64,000 nucleotides of DNA, from contig CAVNZM010000004.1 in the NCBI GenBank assembly GCA_963693365.1, positions 13,191,088-13,255,087 of the forward strand, given 5' to 3'. Positions 47,264-60,376 of the stretch are shown piece by piece (the first letter of the stretch is position 1; each line of letters opens with the position of its first letter). The stretch comes from Amoebidium appalachense (Eukaryota; Protista; Ichthyosporea). Made by a program: the position numbers and the translations under genes. Under the pieces are notes generated by a model. It was not told where the DNA came from, ran no database searches, and was given only the letters and a program-made list of their open reading frames with translations.

Positions 47264-48594
47264 GTCACCAATGATCACGCACATTGACATATATGTCCAC
47301 ACACACACACCGTCACACAGTGTCACACACACACACACATACACACACAAGCACACACCCAAGAACACACACGTACAAGCACCCTACACAAGGACACAAA
47401 CACAAGAGCACACACGCACACACACACACACGCACAAAAACACACAAAGCAACGCACACATTAAACACATCCATACGCACACACAGACACACACATACAC
47501 ACACACATCGATATCATGCTGTAATAATAGCGAAAGCTGGTCCTGCAGTAGAAGGTCTTGGCCGGCAAGGTGCCAATAGTCAACAGGTTTCAACACTGTG
47601 AACACAGAAAGTACCTGTGACGTCGACCATGCAGCAGTGTCCCCCCCCCCCCCCCCCCCCCACCCACCCACACACACACCGCTCCCCCCCCCCCCCCCCC
47701 CCCCCCTGGACGGACCTAAAATATCGCAGGACCTCAGTAGTACATAAACTAACCAATGTGTTGGATATGGCCCAGTGTGTGTGCGCGTGTGTGTGTGTGT
47801 GTGTGCTTGAACGCACGTGTGTGTGTCCGTGTGTCCGTCTGTGTGTGTGTGTGTATGTTGGGGGGAGGGGGAGGGGGGTGGGGGGGGGGGGAGTAAGGAA
47901 GTGACTCCGCCGCGCTTTATTCTTTTTATTTTATATTTTTTCCCCACTTTGGGGAGCTTTGGGGGGAGGGGCGGAAGGGGGGGGGGGGGGGGGGGGGGGG
48001 ATGAATCGATGATCGGAGACCACGTGACGGACTTGGGTGCTATCTATATCATCTTATTTATAACTGTCGTGGCAGCAGGCGTTCACCTAGCCTGTGGTAT
48101 TGACGAATTCATCAACATGCCATAGTATAACACGCCCACAATAACGTTAACTTCAAGTGTTTCATTACAACAATTCATCCACACTTCATACTTGTGGCAG
48201 TTGCACGTCTCTATAGATAATAAAATACAGCCTACAAAACGTTTATTCAACGGATTGTGGATTTGGGAGGGAAAACACAACGAAAGAGACCTTACAAGTT
48301 GCCTTGCTCTACAATATCACCAGAGTTCACAGGTCAAATTGAGAGACCCGCTCTCACAGCTGCTGGCCCAAAATCTCACTAAATTTGAAACAGTTTACCT
48401 ACGAGCATCTTAAGTATGACACTTATCACAAATGGTTGTGATGCAGTAGAAATATGCCTTCAGTGGAAAGTTGACCAATGAGCATTAAACCCAATTTCGG
48501 TTTTCATACACATGCGAGTTGCTAGGATCATAAAACAAATATCATCGTCGGATTAATCATGATCAATACAGGTAACAGTGTGCTAGTCCCGCAC

Positions 48595-50730
48595 CTACAG
48601 GTGCAGCACCTTCCTGTAGGGCTGCATGTCCACCCCGGCAGCCTTGAGCAGATCACGTGCCAGTGCATTGAGGTACATGCTGCGCACCATGGTGCTGTGC
48701 TCTCATCTCCAGCAGACAGTACAGTGCCTCGGCTGGCTGCAGGCCATTATCGCAGTCCCGCAGCTGCTCGGCCACGTCCTGCTGCCGTTCCAAAGGATAC
48801 ACCCCACTGTCCCAACGGCCCTCGGCCAGCCCCACAACAATCACCGGCACAGGCATGCCCTCGACCGTGGTGGCTGCAAACGTGAGCTGCCTCTCGTCGT
48901 ACTCGACAAGCAGAAACCGCAGTGGCTTGCTGGGGGGGGCCAGGTGTGTGGCATAGCGGCCCACCTGCACCTCAAAGCCCGAGCGCACCCTGGCCTCTCT
49001 GGTGCAGATGTCCTTGCCCCGCTTGAGCTCGGCAGCCCCAAAAACGTCCACCCCGTCTGGCCGCATGGTCACGTCGCCAACCTTGAATATGGCACCGCTG
49101 GCCCCACCATGTCTGCAGTTGTCAGAAGGCAGCACGAGTCTGACTCAGACTGAGTGACTGGTGGTCGTACTCTGTGTCTTATTCAGGCACCGAGGACATT
49201 ATATATCACCGCTAACATGGTGCAGTATTCTGAAAACGGTGACAAGACCTATTAGCCTGAAATTAATCACTAAAGGACTAAAAATTAAAAATATTGGGTG
49301 CAAGCCACCTGGGCATGGCATTTCCTTTTCAGCAAAGCTTCCTAGGTGTAAATAGTTTCTGCATGTTTTTTTCTGCGATTGAAGTGCAATCAGTGCAAGA
49401 TGTGTTTGAAGTCGTTGACATGTAACAGTGACGGCACATGCTACATCCCCACTTTTGGGAAAAACAAAACGTTAAATGTACCAACCGAGTTCATTCAACA
49501 CTACTAGCACATGCATACACTAGCAGCGCCGGACCTGGCAGTATGTTGTAAACGTTATCATAAATATTAGTCTCATAATAATTTAATTTGAAAAGTACTG
49601 CAACGCATGAGAGCGAGAACACCCACCAGCAAGCAAGAAGGACAACAAGTTTTTAAAATTTTGTTGAATTGACAGTGTTAAGGGAGGATGACGAGGTAGA
49701 CCAGAATCTTACCGAAGAAGAAATTCCCCGATGGTAGCTTCGTGTGGACTCAGTGCGCTCTGTCGTGCGGCACACCGGAGGTGCTCGAAAAATGCGTCTG
49801 TTGTGCTGTTGCTGCGCATGTCTGGGTTTGCACAGCACGTGTTTCCCACTTGCACATGTGCCGAGCACACTGCCATCCCACAGGAGAAACAGACTCTCGG
49901 GTCGAGGGATAGCTTACCACCACACAGACGGCAGCCTGCCGCATGAATCAACTGGACAAGCGCATTGTTTCTCTCCTGCCGCATGCTGGCCTTTGCAAGT
50001 CGTTTCAGCGGTTTGCGTGCTTTTGCCAGCAGCTTCACCGTGACGTACTTTCTACCACAGGAGTAGCTGCAGGTCTCGGCATGGCAGGCATTGCTGCAGA
50101 CAGGGCGGCCGGTCGTAGGGCACACTCTTGCCGTGACCTTGTTGCACTTGTGGCAGGCAACGTCAGCAGTCAGCAGCTGCACCAGGTCCTGTGGGGGTGG
50201 AGTGGGGTCAGCACAAAGGCTGAGTGGAATGGGCGACCGGCAACCACTGGGCGCGTACCGGTGCCTCCTCCATGGGCATACCAGGGGCCAGACCACGCTA
50301 CTAGCACAACGAACAGGATGTCCCACTGCAGCGACCTCCCGCCAAAGGTCCTGCTGGCAGTGCCCCAGCCACGGGGTCCCCTGCCTTATAATAAGGCTAG
50401 CTCCCAATCGCAACTCACTTACGCGCAAAACAAGTGTGCCCGTGGGAACATCCATGTAGGTCGCACCAAGAGCATGGCTGGGTTGGAGGGCTAAGTTGGG
50501 GATGGCAAGGTACGGGTTTCATGGAGGCTAGTCCCCTACCCACCTTCTGTTCGTTGCGCATGGACGGCGTCATGTTGTGGACAAACTGCACGCAGAAGAT
50601 GGCCCCGCTGTGCGTCCCATTTGCTGACAGTTCTTGGTTTGCGCTGAAGCTTGAGGCGTAAAGGTGATGCTTTGGCTGCGGCTAAGCGGTGCCCCGAAGC
50701 TGCCGTTGAAGAAGAAGTTTTGATGTACAT
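48595..50730 (-). pseudogene. Frameshifted paralog (copy B) of the zinc finger / nuclease-like gene
   Basis: Same exon layout as 33497-35604, with a +1 indel near 50588 (exon 1) and a 2-bp deletion near 48703 (exon 4). The PD, ELK and QxxxY motifs are retained. Confidence 0.75.
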
Positions 50731-52189
50731 CTTCAAGTTAGTTCCGAAGGACACTGTGGGTCAAGCAGCCTTTTTTTTACCCTGGCGGCGTCGCCCGCAA
50801 CTAAGATACCAGCTACTGAGAAAGACCCTATGAAAACAGAGAAACGCGGTTAAATGTTATTGTTGTATGCGAAGATGGAAAATGGATTTTTTTTCCTTAA
50901 AAAAAATATATTAATCTCCAAGAAGGATGATCAATAAAAGAGTATGTATGCTATAGAGAAAGATATTCCCTTCTGGCCGATCGATGCGACTCGGGCATGA
51001 ATTCGAAGCTTCTTAATCTAGGGTCAATTTGGCATGTTAGCCAATCACAACGCTTCGCCGTAAACTCCGATAGCACTGAGCAGATGACGGATCTAAGTTA
51101 TTAGAAAACCTCGACTCGGTGCTGCTTCCGGCGACGGTCACAAAGACAAAGTTTTCTCTTCAGCGCTATACTATACACATAACCTATAATGAAAGACATA
51201 GTTGTCTCTGAGGATGAAAAAGGTGGTGGTAGTAGCGGTGGTGATGGTGGAGAAGCAAGGATGAAGCCCTTGAGGGATCATCGTCGTGCGTGCACCGTCC
51301 AGGATCAGGATAAAATAAGCATGGATGGTATGCAGCATGGCATGTTGGTAAAAGGCATCTGGCGGTCTTGATTGGTGCCGTAGTCTGGGAACTTGATGAT
51401 CATTGGTTAAATTGATTTTATTGTAACCAATGAGGGCGGATGCGAATCTGACAAATATTGATCGATAGTTGTTGATGCTGTCAGCCTGTCAGGCAGGGTG
51501 AGGTCTTGTTTCAAACAGTACCGTAGGCTATTTCCGGCACACCATACTAAGCGCAATAGTGTGGTGCAGTCAACCAAAGCTCCAATTTTTGCGTTAACAA
51601 CTCCTAAACTCTGCCTAACATCTAACATGTACTGACGTGTTGCCGCACGTGCGACGTTATACATCTACTCAGGCGGCAAAAAAAAAAAAGAAAGGAGACA
51701 CCCCCTCAGTATTTGGTAGGCCTATGGCATAGTCCTATCGTTGTTCCGAGAATCTGGGAAGTGGGGAAAAGCCCTGAAACGGCTCGAATGGAATCATTGG
51801 TTACCAACATGTGGGCCAATCGGCGGCTATCAGCCCGGCTTCCCATGACTATTCACTCTCGCAGGAGTATACACTGTACTGTTACCTCCCTTACCAGTTA
51901 ACACCCACCCATCATTCTTTCCCTCTCTCCTTCCATGGACAAAAATCCTCCCCCACCCCATCTCGAGCGGCTGAAGCCAACATCGTCCCAGGCTAAGATT
52001 ACGATGCGGAGGCGCCTGCTCACTGTGCTCAGCCCTGCTGGAGAGTGCAGACTGCATACAAGTTGGAGAAGTAGCACAGGCAGCAGCAAGACACGAGTTA
52101 GACAATGTGCAGCACGAACCTTTCTACTGGCACCGGCAGCACACGGCGTTGCCTGCCCGTGTGGCCGCGGTGATTCCCGCCGCTGGCAC

Positions 52190-53095
52190 CCTTCTAGGCA
52201 AACCAATAACTGTGGCAAGGGCATAGGATGCACAGCGGGTCCACCTTCTCAGCCAGTTTGTCCACAACATGACGCCGTCCATGCGCAACGAACAGAAGGT
52301 GGGTAGGGGATTAGCCTCCATGAAACCCGTACGTTGCCATCCCCAACTTAGCCCTCCAACCCAGCCATGCTCTTGGTGCGACCTACATGGATGTTCCCAC
52401 GGGCACACTTGTTTTGCGCGTGAGTGAGTTGCGATTGGGAGCTAGCCTTATTATAAGGCAGGGGACCCCGTGGCTGGGGCACTGCCAGCAGGACCTTTGG
52501 CGGGAGGTCGCTGCAGTGGGACATCCTGTTCGTTGTGCTAGTAGCGTGGTCTGGCCCCTGGTATGCCCATGGAGGAGGCACCGGTACGCGCCCAGTGGTT
52601 GCCGGTCGCCCATTCCACTCAGCCTTTGTGCTGACCCCACTCCACCCCCACAGGACCTGGTGCAGCTGCTGACTGCTGACGTTGCCTGCCACAAATGCAA
52701 CAAGGTGACGGCAAGAGTGTGCCCTACGACCGGCCGCCCTGTCTACAGCAATGCCTGCCATGCAGAGACCTGCAGCTACTCCTGTGGTAGAAAGTACGTC
52801 ACGGTGAAGCTGCTGGCAAAAGCACGCAAACCGCTGAAACGACTTGCAAAGGCCAGCACACGCCAGGAGATGAACAACACGCTTGTCCAGTTGATCCATG
52901 TGGCAGCTGCCGATTGTGTTGTGCGCGGCTGTCCCTCGATGTATAGGCCTGCCTGCTTTTCCCTGCAGGTGGTGCACGCGAATACTACGTGCCCTGCAAG
53001 GCTAGACGCATCTTATGCAGCATCAAGTTCACCCATATGCTGGGTCTTCACGAAGCTACTAGACTAGCTCTGGGGAATTTTTTCCCAGCAAGAAA
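52190..53095 (+). pseudogene. Inverted third paralog (copy C) of the zinc finger gene
   Basis: ~52255-52900 is near-identical to the reverse complement of copy B, while the flanks are diverged. Exon 1 has TAG where copy A has Trp (near 52224), and no clear nuclease exon follows. Confidence 0.7.
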
Positions 53096-53644
53096 AAAAT
53101 AAGCCATTTGAGCATATGAGTCAGGCTCTCGTTTGTTTGCCTGTATACTTGCTGGGGAGTGGTCCGTCTTTTGCTCCTTGCAGTGTCGTCAGGTTACAGC
53201 TTCATGTTTCGATTTCTGGGTGATGGATCTCGTCAGAGGCTGGTGTTGTTTGCCTTCTGCTTGAAAGAAGAAACGTAACTGTTTGGCTTTTCTATCTTGC
53301 AGATTTTAGTAAGCATGATCTGTTACACGGGCTAGATGTGCTATTGCTATGATGCTGGTGCGTCACCAGCCTGCTATGCGTGTGCGAACTGACCCAAGGC
53401 CGCCATTGAATAAGTTAGGGCCGGCTTATACTCATGGCTGACGCGTGCGGCTGAGTCATATATGTATATGCTCCGGTAAATCAGACAGTGTCCATCTAGG
53501 AGACTCTTGAAATATGGCCAGCCTAGCATATGAAAATGATTCAAAAATAAAGTTCAAGATATCCATACGTGTGCAACATATGTGAGTGTTCTATGCGGGC
53601 GCCCTGACCCCCTTCTCCCCCCCCCCCCCTCCCCCCCCCCCCCC

Positions 53645-53679
<35 letters not shown>

Positions 53680-53773
53680 GCACATGCACACAGGCAGCGC
53701 GAGCCCTGCTCGCTCAGAATGATCATGTGAGACTTTCTGAATTGAAACGGTGCACGGGGGTAATAGTAGAGTT

Positions 53774-53876
53774 GTACATGTGCATGTACATGTGCATATA
53801 CATGTGCATATACATGTGCATGTACATGTGCATGTACATGTGCATATACATGTGCATGTACATGTGCATGTACATG
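53774..53876. repeat. 12-bp minisatellite (TACATGTGCATR)n
   Basis: About 8.5 tandem copies are directly visible. Confidence 0.9.
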
Positions 53877-55448
53877 AAATGAGAAGGCTGGTACCCACCA
53901 CTCAACAAAGCAGGTAGGTCCCCCCTCAAACTTTAACATTCATTAGGTATTCGTGGTGCTCGTCCTATATGAAGGGGCTAGGGTGGGGGGATCGAAGGGA
54001 CCCACCTGCTTTGGACTGGTATGTACCCACCATTCAACAAAGCTGGTGGGGAGATCTTCCCCCCCCCCCCCCCCCCCCCCCCCTTTTATTTAGGAGGAGA
54101 CCCACCAATAACTAATGTTAGTATGTTATGAATGATTTCGAATTCAACTTGCAATCGATGTAGGCGAACACATGACCATAGTATATAGGCGCCTGCCTAT
54201 CCACTACTTAGTATCAGACTACCCTCCCCCCCCCCCCCCCCCCCCTTCCCCTCCCCCCCCCCCAAAACTACCACCACACCACCACCACGTGCACCACAAA
54301 AAAAAAAAGCCTGCCAGGGTCTCCCCCGAGGCCTCCCATATACCAATGAGGCCTTGGTCTCCCCTCCCTTCGGGGCCCCCTTCCCCCACCACTGCAACAC
54401 TACCCGTTTCCTTTTTATGCGGCCTTGGGATCCCTTACCGAGAGCGCGATTTCTGGTTGCTCACGTGTTTTACCACATACCAGGGTTGCCCCGCAGTCCC
54501 CTCCCCCCTCCCCCCACCCCACCCCACCCCACCCGGGCTTGCTATTCCCCGCGCAACCTCCTTAGATGATAAGTCAAATCCTATTTCAGACTGCAGGTGT
54601 AAGTGTACATTCGTTAGAGGCAGCCACCCAAGCGATCATAGCATACTGGCACCACCACTGCACGCCGTTGAAAGCCGACAAGTGTCACACTCGCATACAT
54701 ACGCACGTACACACAAAAACACCCGACACCCAGTGGCACACGCATGCACGGCGAGCATACACACACAAACACACGCCACCCAATGAATATTATAAAAGCT
54801 TTTATTTATAAAAATGATTATCAGCACCAATCATGCAATATACCCAGCGGCCAGCGCCCATACCAACACCTCTTCTCAACTATTAGAGCATATATGTCGG
54901 TCCTCTCAATACAGCCCAAAAATGCCTCCATGACTGCTGCTACTGTGCTATGTACAGTAATATCTGGGTGGTGATAAAAACGTGAAAATCAGTGCTTAGG
55001 GTTTTATCGGTGTTTGTGCGTGGGGGTTGTTTGATTTGCTTTGCATATCAATGCATGTTTTTAAGGTGTGTAGTAATACTTAGGGGGGCAATGAGTGTGT
55101 ACACACACAGTCCTCTTATATGGGCAATCCCACTTCCAAAATGGTTACGTGGTATGTGAAATATCTATAGGGTTATAACAACCACAGAAACGCCGCAGCA
55201 AGGGCAGCCTCTAGAAAGCCCTAAACCTAAACTACTAAGAAAAATTCTCATCGGGTACGAGGGTAAACTGCATGCGCACAACACAATCGATGTTTTTAGC
55301 TGGACGACATGGTTGAAAGGGCTCAACCAAACGAGCAGAACACTGCTTTTGCATTCAATCACAACCGCTAGTGAGGGAAATGCTGTGAAAAATTTCTACG
55401 AAAGTATGCGAGATCAAAAAGATCATAATCTTACACACACTGTTATAT

Positions 55449-56004
55449 TTATGCCTCAAAGTAAACCTTCTCCCCGTCCCAATCCGCCTGATCCAAATAG
55501 TCGTTGTCATTGGTTCGGCCACGGACCAATCGGATCAGGCGATCAGTCCTGTTAGACTCATTTGAGTCAAATACGGTGCTGCCCAAAACCGTGAAATTTG
55601 CCTCTCCGTGAAACCCGACCGATCCAAGGGTATCCCAAACAACACCCCCCTTTCCGGCGTAATTTCCGGTGTACGTTCCCCCGAGAGTGATGGATGCATT
55701 GTTTCTCAGCATGTTGTTTGCAAAGCATGCGGCCCTGTCGGATTAAACATCCACGTCAGTCACTCGCAGAAAATGATAGCATGCCCCCCCCCCCCCCCCC
55801 CCCCACCACCACCACCACCAAATCTCCCCCGGCTCCAAAGCAGACATTGTCGTTATTTCAGTCAACCCCTCTCCCGACTCGACTCTATGGCTCTAAGACA
55901 AGGGGGGCGGTGCTCAACTATCCCCCCTCCCCCCCCTTTCAACTGGCTTTAGCATATGCACATGGTGCCTGTATATACCCAGTACCCTTTCTTCTAATTC
56001 CTCC

Positions 56005-56035
<31 letters not shown>

Positions 56036-56844
56036 AAACACACACCCGGTGCCCCCCTTCCTTCCCCTATACACACATCCCAGGGCCACCCCTTCCTCCT
56101 CCGCATCCTTCAATTCTAGCACAAGCCAAATAATGCTTGCTCATACCTATCTGACCCTTTCCCCTTCCCCTCCCCCGATGCACAAGCCACCCACCGCCTA
56201 CCTGTCCATGACAGCCGTGTTGTTAAAGAATGTGCCGTCAATAGTCACCGTGCCGTTAACGTTCTGCAGCCACGCCACACCGCCCCTGGAGCCCCATCCA
56301 TACTCGACGGCCGAGTTGTACTCGAAGGTTGTGGTTGCAATGTGCACCTGCGCATAGTCCTCGATGCTGCCCATGGCCAATGCACCCCCACCAGACGCAC
56401 GGTTGCCGCGGAATAGACTGTCGTGCAGCTCAAAATAGCCCTGGGGGGGAGGGGGTTGGGTTAGAATTGATTAGTACAGAGTGCAAAGTACACATATAGG
56501 ACGGACAATGCTATGCAGAATGCAAAAAGCCCAAGCCCAGGGGGGGGGGGGGGGAGAGAGAGAGAGAGAGAGAGAGAGGTGTAAAAATGTGTTGCATAAG
56601 AGTAAATAGCACACAGTTATGATGGACAACACCATGCAGATTGCAAATAACAAACACAGAGGATGCATCATAAACAGCGCCCATCCTCCGAGGGGAGAGG
56701 GGGGGGGAGGGGGGGGGGGGGGGGGGGGGGATTTAGGGCTTAGATAAAATCAAGAACTGGAGCCAGATCGAGCACTTGGTGGGTTGCGATGCAACATTTT
56801 TCTATTAATTTTGTTTTTGACAAGGTGGGGGTGGGGGTGGGGAT

Positions 56845-56882
<38 letters not shown>

Positions 56883-57089
56883 GAGGGGAAGGGGAGGGGG
56901 GAGGAGACATAAAAGAATAGATTGCAATCGTGACTATGGGGCATTGTTTACGTTCCCTGCATCGAAAGTCTATTGTGACGTGCAAGAGTACTTGTGTGTA
57001 CGTTGTGTGTACGTTTGCATGTGTGCTCGTATGCTTATGGTTCCATGTGTATGAATGTGCTTTCGTGTGCGTGTTGAAGAAAAGTGTTC

Positions 57090-57130
<41 letters not shown>

Positions 57131-57838
57131 TCCGTTTATGTGTGTCTCTGTGCCTTTGTGTCCTCCACTTCTGTATTTGTGCCGGTGTGTGTGTGCTCCC
57201 CTTTTGCGTATCTGTGTGTGTCAGTGTGTGCCTCAGTGTGCACACATACTATCTCTTCCGGTTTGTATGCTCCCGTTTGTGTCTCTTGTGTATGTCTCAC
57301 TCTTGTGTGTGCGTGTGCTTCCTCCTCGTGTGCCTCTGTGCGAGTGTTCCCTTCGGGTGTCCCTATGTGTGTTCTCTAATACAGCACCGGCATGCCTGTG
57401 TTCTGTGCAGCCGCGTGCATGCAGTGGGTGCATGCAAGCTTGGTACCTACAAATAGATGCCCATTTGTGGGCCTGTGTGCATGTATGTCAGTACATAGTG
57501 TGTGTGCTGTGCTGATGCGTGCTGGACGTATCACCCACCTGCGACAAGTAGTTGACCATGATTGCGCCACCCGTTCCGTGGGGGAACTCGTGGCTGTTGT
57601 TAAAGAATCGCGTGTTGTTAAAGGTGTACATCCAGCCCTGTGCGCTGCGGATCCAAATGGCACCACCTCCATCATACCTAAATTTAGATATAGTCAGCCG
57701 ACTGGTTTCATTTGCAACACAGAAGTATGCATGCAAATGATAGATGTTTAGGGTGTGTCTATGGCACCTTTGCAAACAAACACCCAGAGCAACCACGGTG
57801 CACACAACCGCTTACTCGGCTACAGCAACCTTCCCACC

Positions 57839-57873
<35 letters not shown>

Positions 57874-58517
57874 ACAAAACACCCTGTCCTCCACCCGCCA
57901 CATGCCTGCTGTTCTCTTAATGCACACATCTGCATGCATTGCCGTGACGGACTGAATATTTCTTCGCACTCGTGACCCCACATTACCTCTTTACGGTGCC
58001 TCCCCCCCCCCCCTCTCCGCCTCACACTCGCATATCATATGCCCCTTAATCCCCTCCGCGCCTCTTGCCTCTTAACACACACATCTCCATTTCACGAGCC
58101 CCCCCCCCCCCCCCCCCAACTTCCCCCTCAAGAGCGGAACATAAATGCAAAGGAGGAACCAATGACGGGGAAGGCTGCAGAAAGGGGGGGGGGGGGGGGG
58201 AGAACGTCATGTAGACACCAGAACTACCTACCTCTCGCCATTCTCATGCACGACGTTGAACGAAAACTCGGAATCCACGACGGTAAACCACTGCGTCCCA
58301 CCCACGAAAATCACGGATCCCCCTCTTGCTCTTGTTTGGAAACCCGTAAAAGTGCAACCCTGAATGTACACATCGACCGTTTTGTATCCTTCGGGGGGGG
58401 TCTGCGGGTGCAGTCCCTGTTCCGTTGGTGTCTGGTAGAACAACCCCGGGCAGCTCCATGGTGCGAAGAACAGACGCAGTACTGATGGTGGTGGTGGAAG
58501 GGGGATTGTGTGCGTGT

Positions 58518-58548
<31 letters not shown>

Positions 58549-60376
58549 GATTTGAAAAGCCAGTCAGAGCGGGTGGTGGAGGTGATGGCGGATGTTGTCA
58601 ACATGGAAACACGAGCCGGGGAGGCAGGAGGGGGGAGAGAGGGGGGAGGGGAGGAGGTGGGGGCGGGGGCTCCAACCAGTACCCGTACCAGTGGCATAGA
58701 TGCATCCTTCTCCCTCTTCCTCTTGCTCTCTCTTCCCTTGCCCCATCCCCCGACCCACGCACATTCCTGGCCTTCTTCCCCCCATCCACCACCACCACCA
58801 TACACCCACATGTTCTCTCTTGACCGTAGCTATCTTCATTTACAAACCCAATCTGCCTACACCGAACCCTGGGGCTAGGCAAGTATATGGTACCGACGAT
58901 ATGTGGTGCCTATGCATATATCTGATCGATGGGCTTGAAGAGAAAAAGTGTTGTGGTGTGCAGGGAGAGGGGGAGGTGGGGGGATGGGGAGAGAGGGGGG
59001 AGGGAGGGGACAGGGGTCTATGGCTATGCCATTCCATGACGGGGTTTGACAGCACGTTAAAAAGCAACTTGGACACATAGAGAACCCTGCAGTCATGCCC
59101 CCACTCTTTTGCTCCCTTAAAAACCAAGGTTTCTTAACTGCCAACCGTGTACAGGTATTACCTCCCCCCTTCCCCCCCCCCCCCCCCCCCACCCCCCTCC
59201 CCACTTCTCCGTGGATGGTCCTCCCATGCTGCCACACCCCATCCCCTCCTTCCGTGCTCTTTCCTACACTCTTTCTTTCTCGTCCCCTCACACACATTCC
59301 TTCCTCCCCCTCCTCGTCCCCCCCCCCCCCCCCCCCCCCTTCCCCCCCAAAAGAAAAAAAAAAAAAAAAAAAAAAAAGGAAAGAAAAAAAAAAAAAAAAA
59401 GGAAAGAAGAAAAGGGGAACAAAAAATCGCTGACCAAGGTGCTTAGAGCCGTAACTCAAGTCAGCCGTTGATGAGGGGGGTTGAGGGCACGAGGACAGGA
59501 AACATCGAATGACTGAGTGTCCGCAATTAACAGATTGTGGGTAACTAGGGCTCAAATGAGCGACAACAAATCACCATTTAATTTAAATGCACATGCGGTA
59601 CTGCCTTTGGAGTAAAGGAATGGGGTGTGTGCGTATGAGTTGGATTGGTGGGTGGTTTAACGTGGGCACACACAGACTCACCGGTTGGGCTTCATCTGAA
59701 AGTGCAAATTTGTGAAACACACATTGACAAAATCGCCCAACTGCCGGAGCATGGCACCCTCAGTCACATTCATATCCACCGTAATTGTGTGCTTGGTGTT
59801 GCCGCAGCTGCGCAGTTCGACGCTCTTTGAGAGCGTCATTTCAGCTGTCACCGTGATATCCCCACCAATTTCCACAACACCACCGTTAGGCACCCAGTAA
59901 ATCGCGTCTGCCAGCGAGTTTGCACATTTTTTAAAGCCTACTACTGCCACCGAGCAATTTCTTACGCTGCAAGGCTTGATTTGGGTGCTTGGCATGGCAG
60001 GGTGGGGTGGGGGTGGGGGGGGAATCCAGACAGGAACAACCAGTGTGGGTGTGGGAACGATACTGCCCGTGGTGCCCTCTTGCGCGGTTAGCTTTACCCC
60101 TGTGCTCGTTGGTTTTATATTCTGTGTTTTTGTGCTTGGTGTCTCCACCACTTCCTCTACTGGTGTATCTTCTGGTGTAGGGGTGGGAGTATCTTTGTTT
60201 TTAAGTGTCCGTGTGGTCCTCGTTGCCCGTGTGGTTTTCGTGGTTGTGGGTTCCACGGCGTCGACTGGGGTGTCCTCACCATCCTGATTTGCTGTTGGGG
60301 TGGTGGCTTTTGCGTTCACGCAAATGAAAAAAAAGGCAAGGAGCCCAAGTAGGGCTAGGCGAAATTTCAACGCCAT
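55449..60376 (-). CDS. Secreted protein: signal peptide, Thr/Pro-rich linker and Pmp-like right-handed beta-helix repeats
   Basis: Exons 60376-59682, ~58481-58232, 57677-57539, 56440-56202 and 55734-55449. Signal peptide MALKFRLALLGLLAFFFICVNA; repeated GGA(I/L)/GGV and FxxN motifs (FSFN, GGAIW, FFNN, GGAIM, FRGN, GGAL, FEYN, GGVAW, FFNN). Exon 2 has an apparent +1 frameshift in the G8 run at 58393-58400. Confidence 0.8.
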
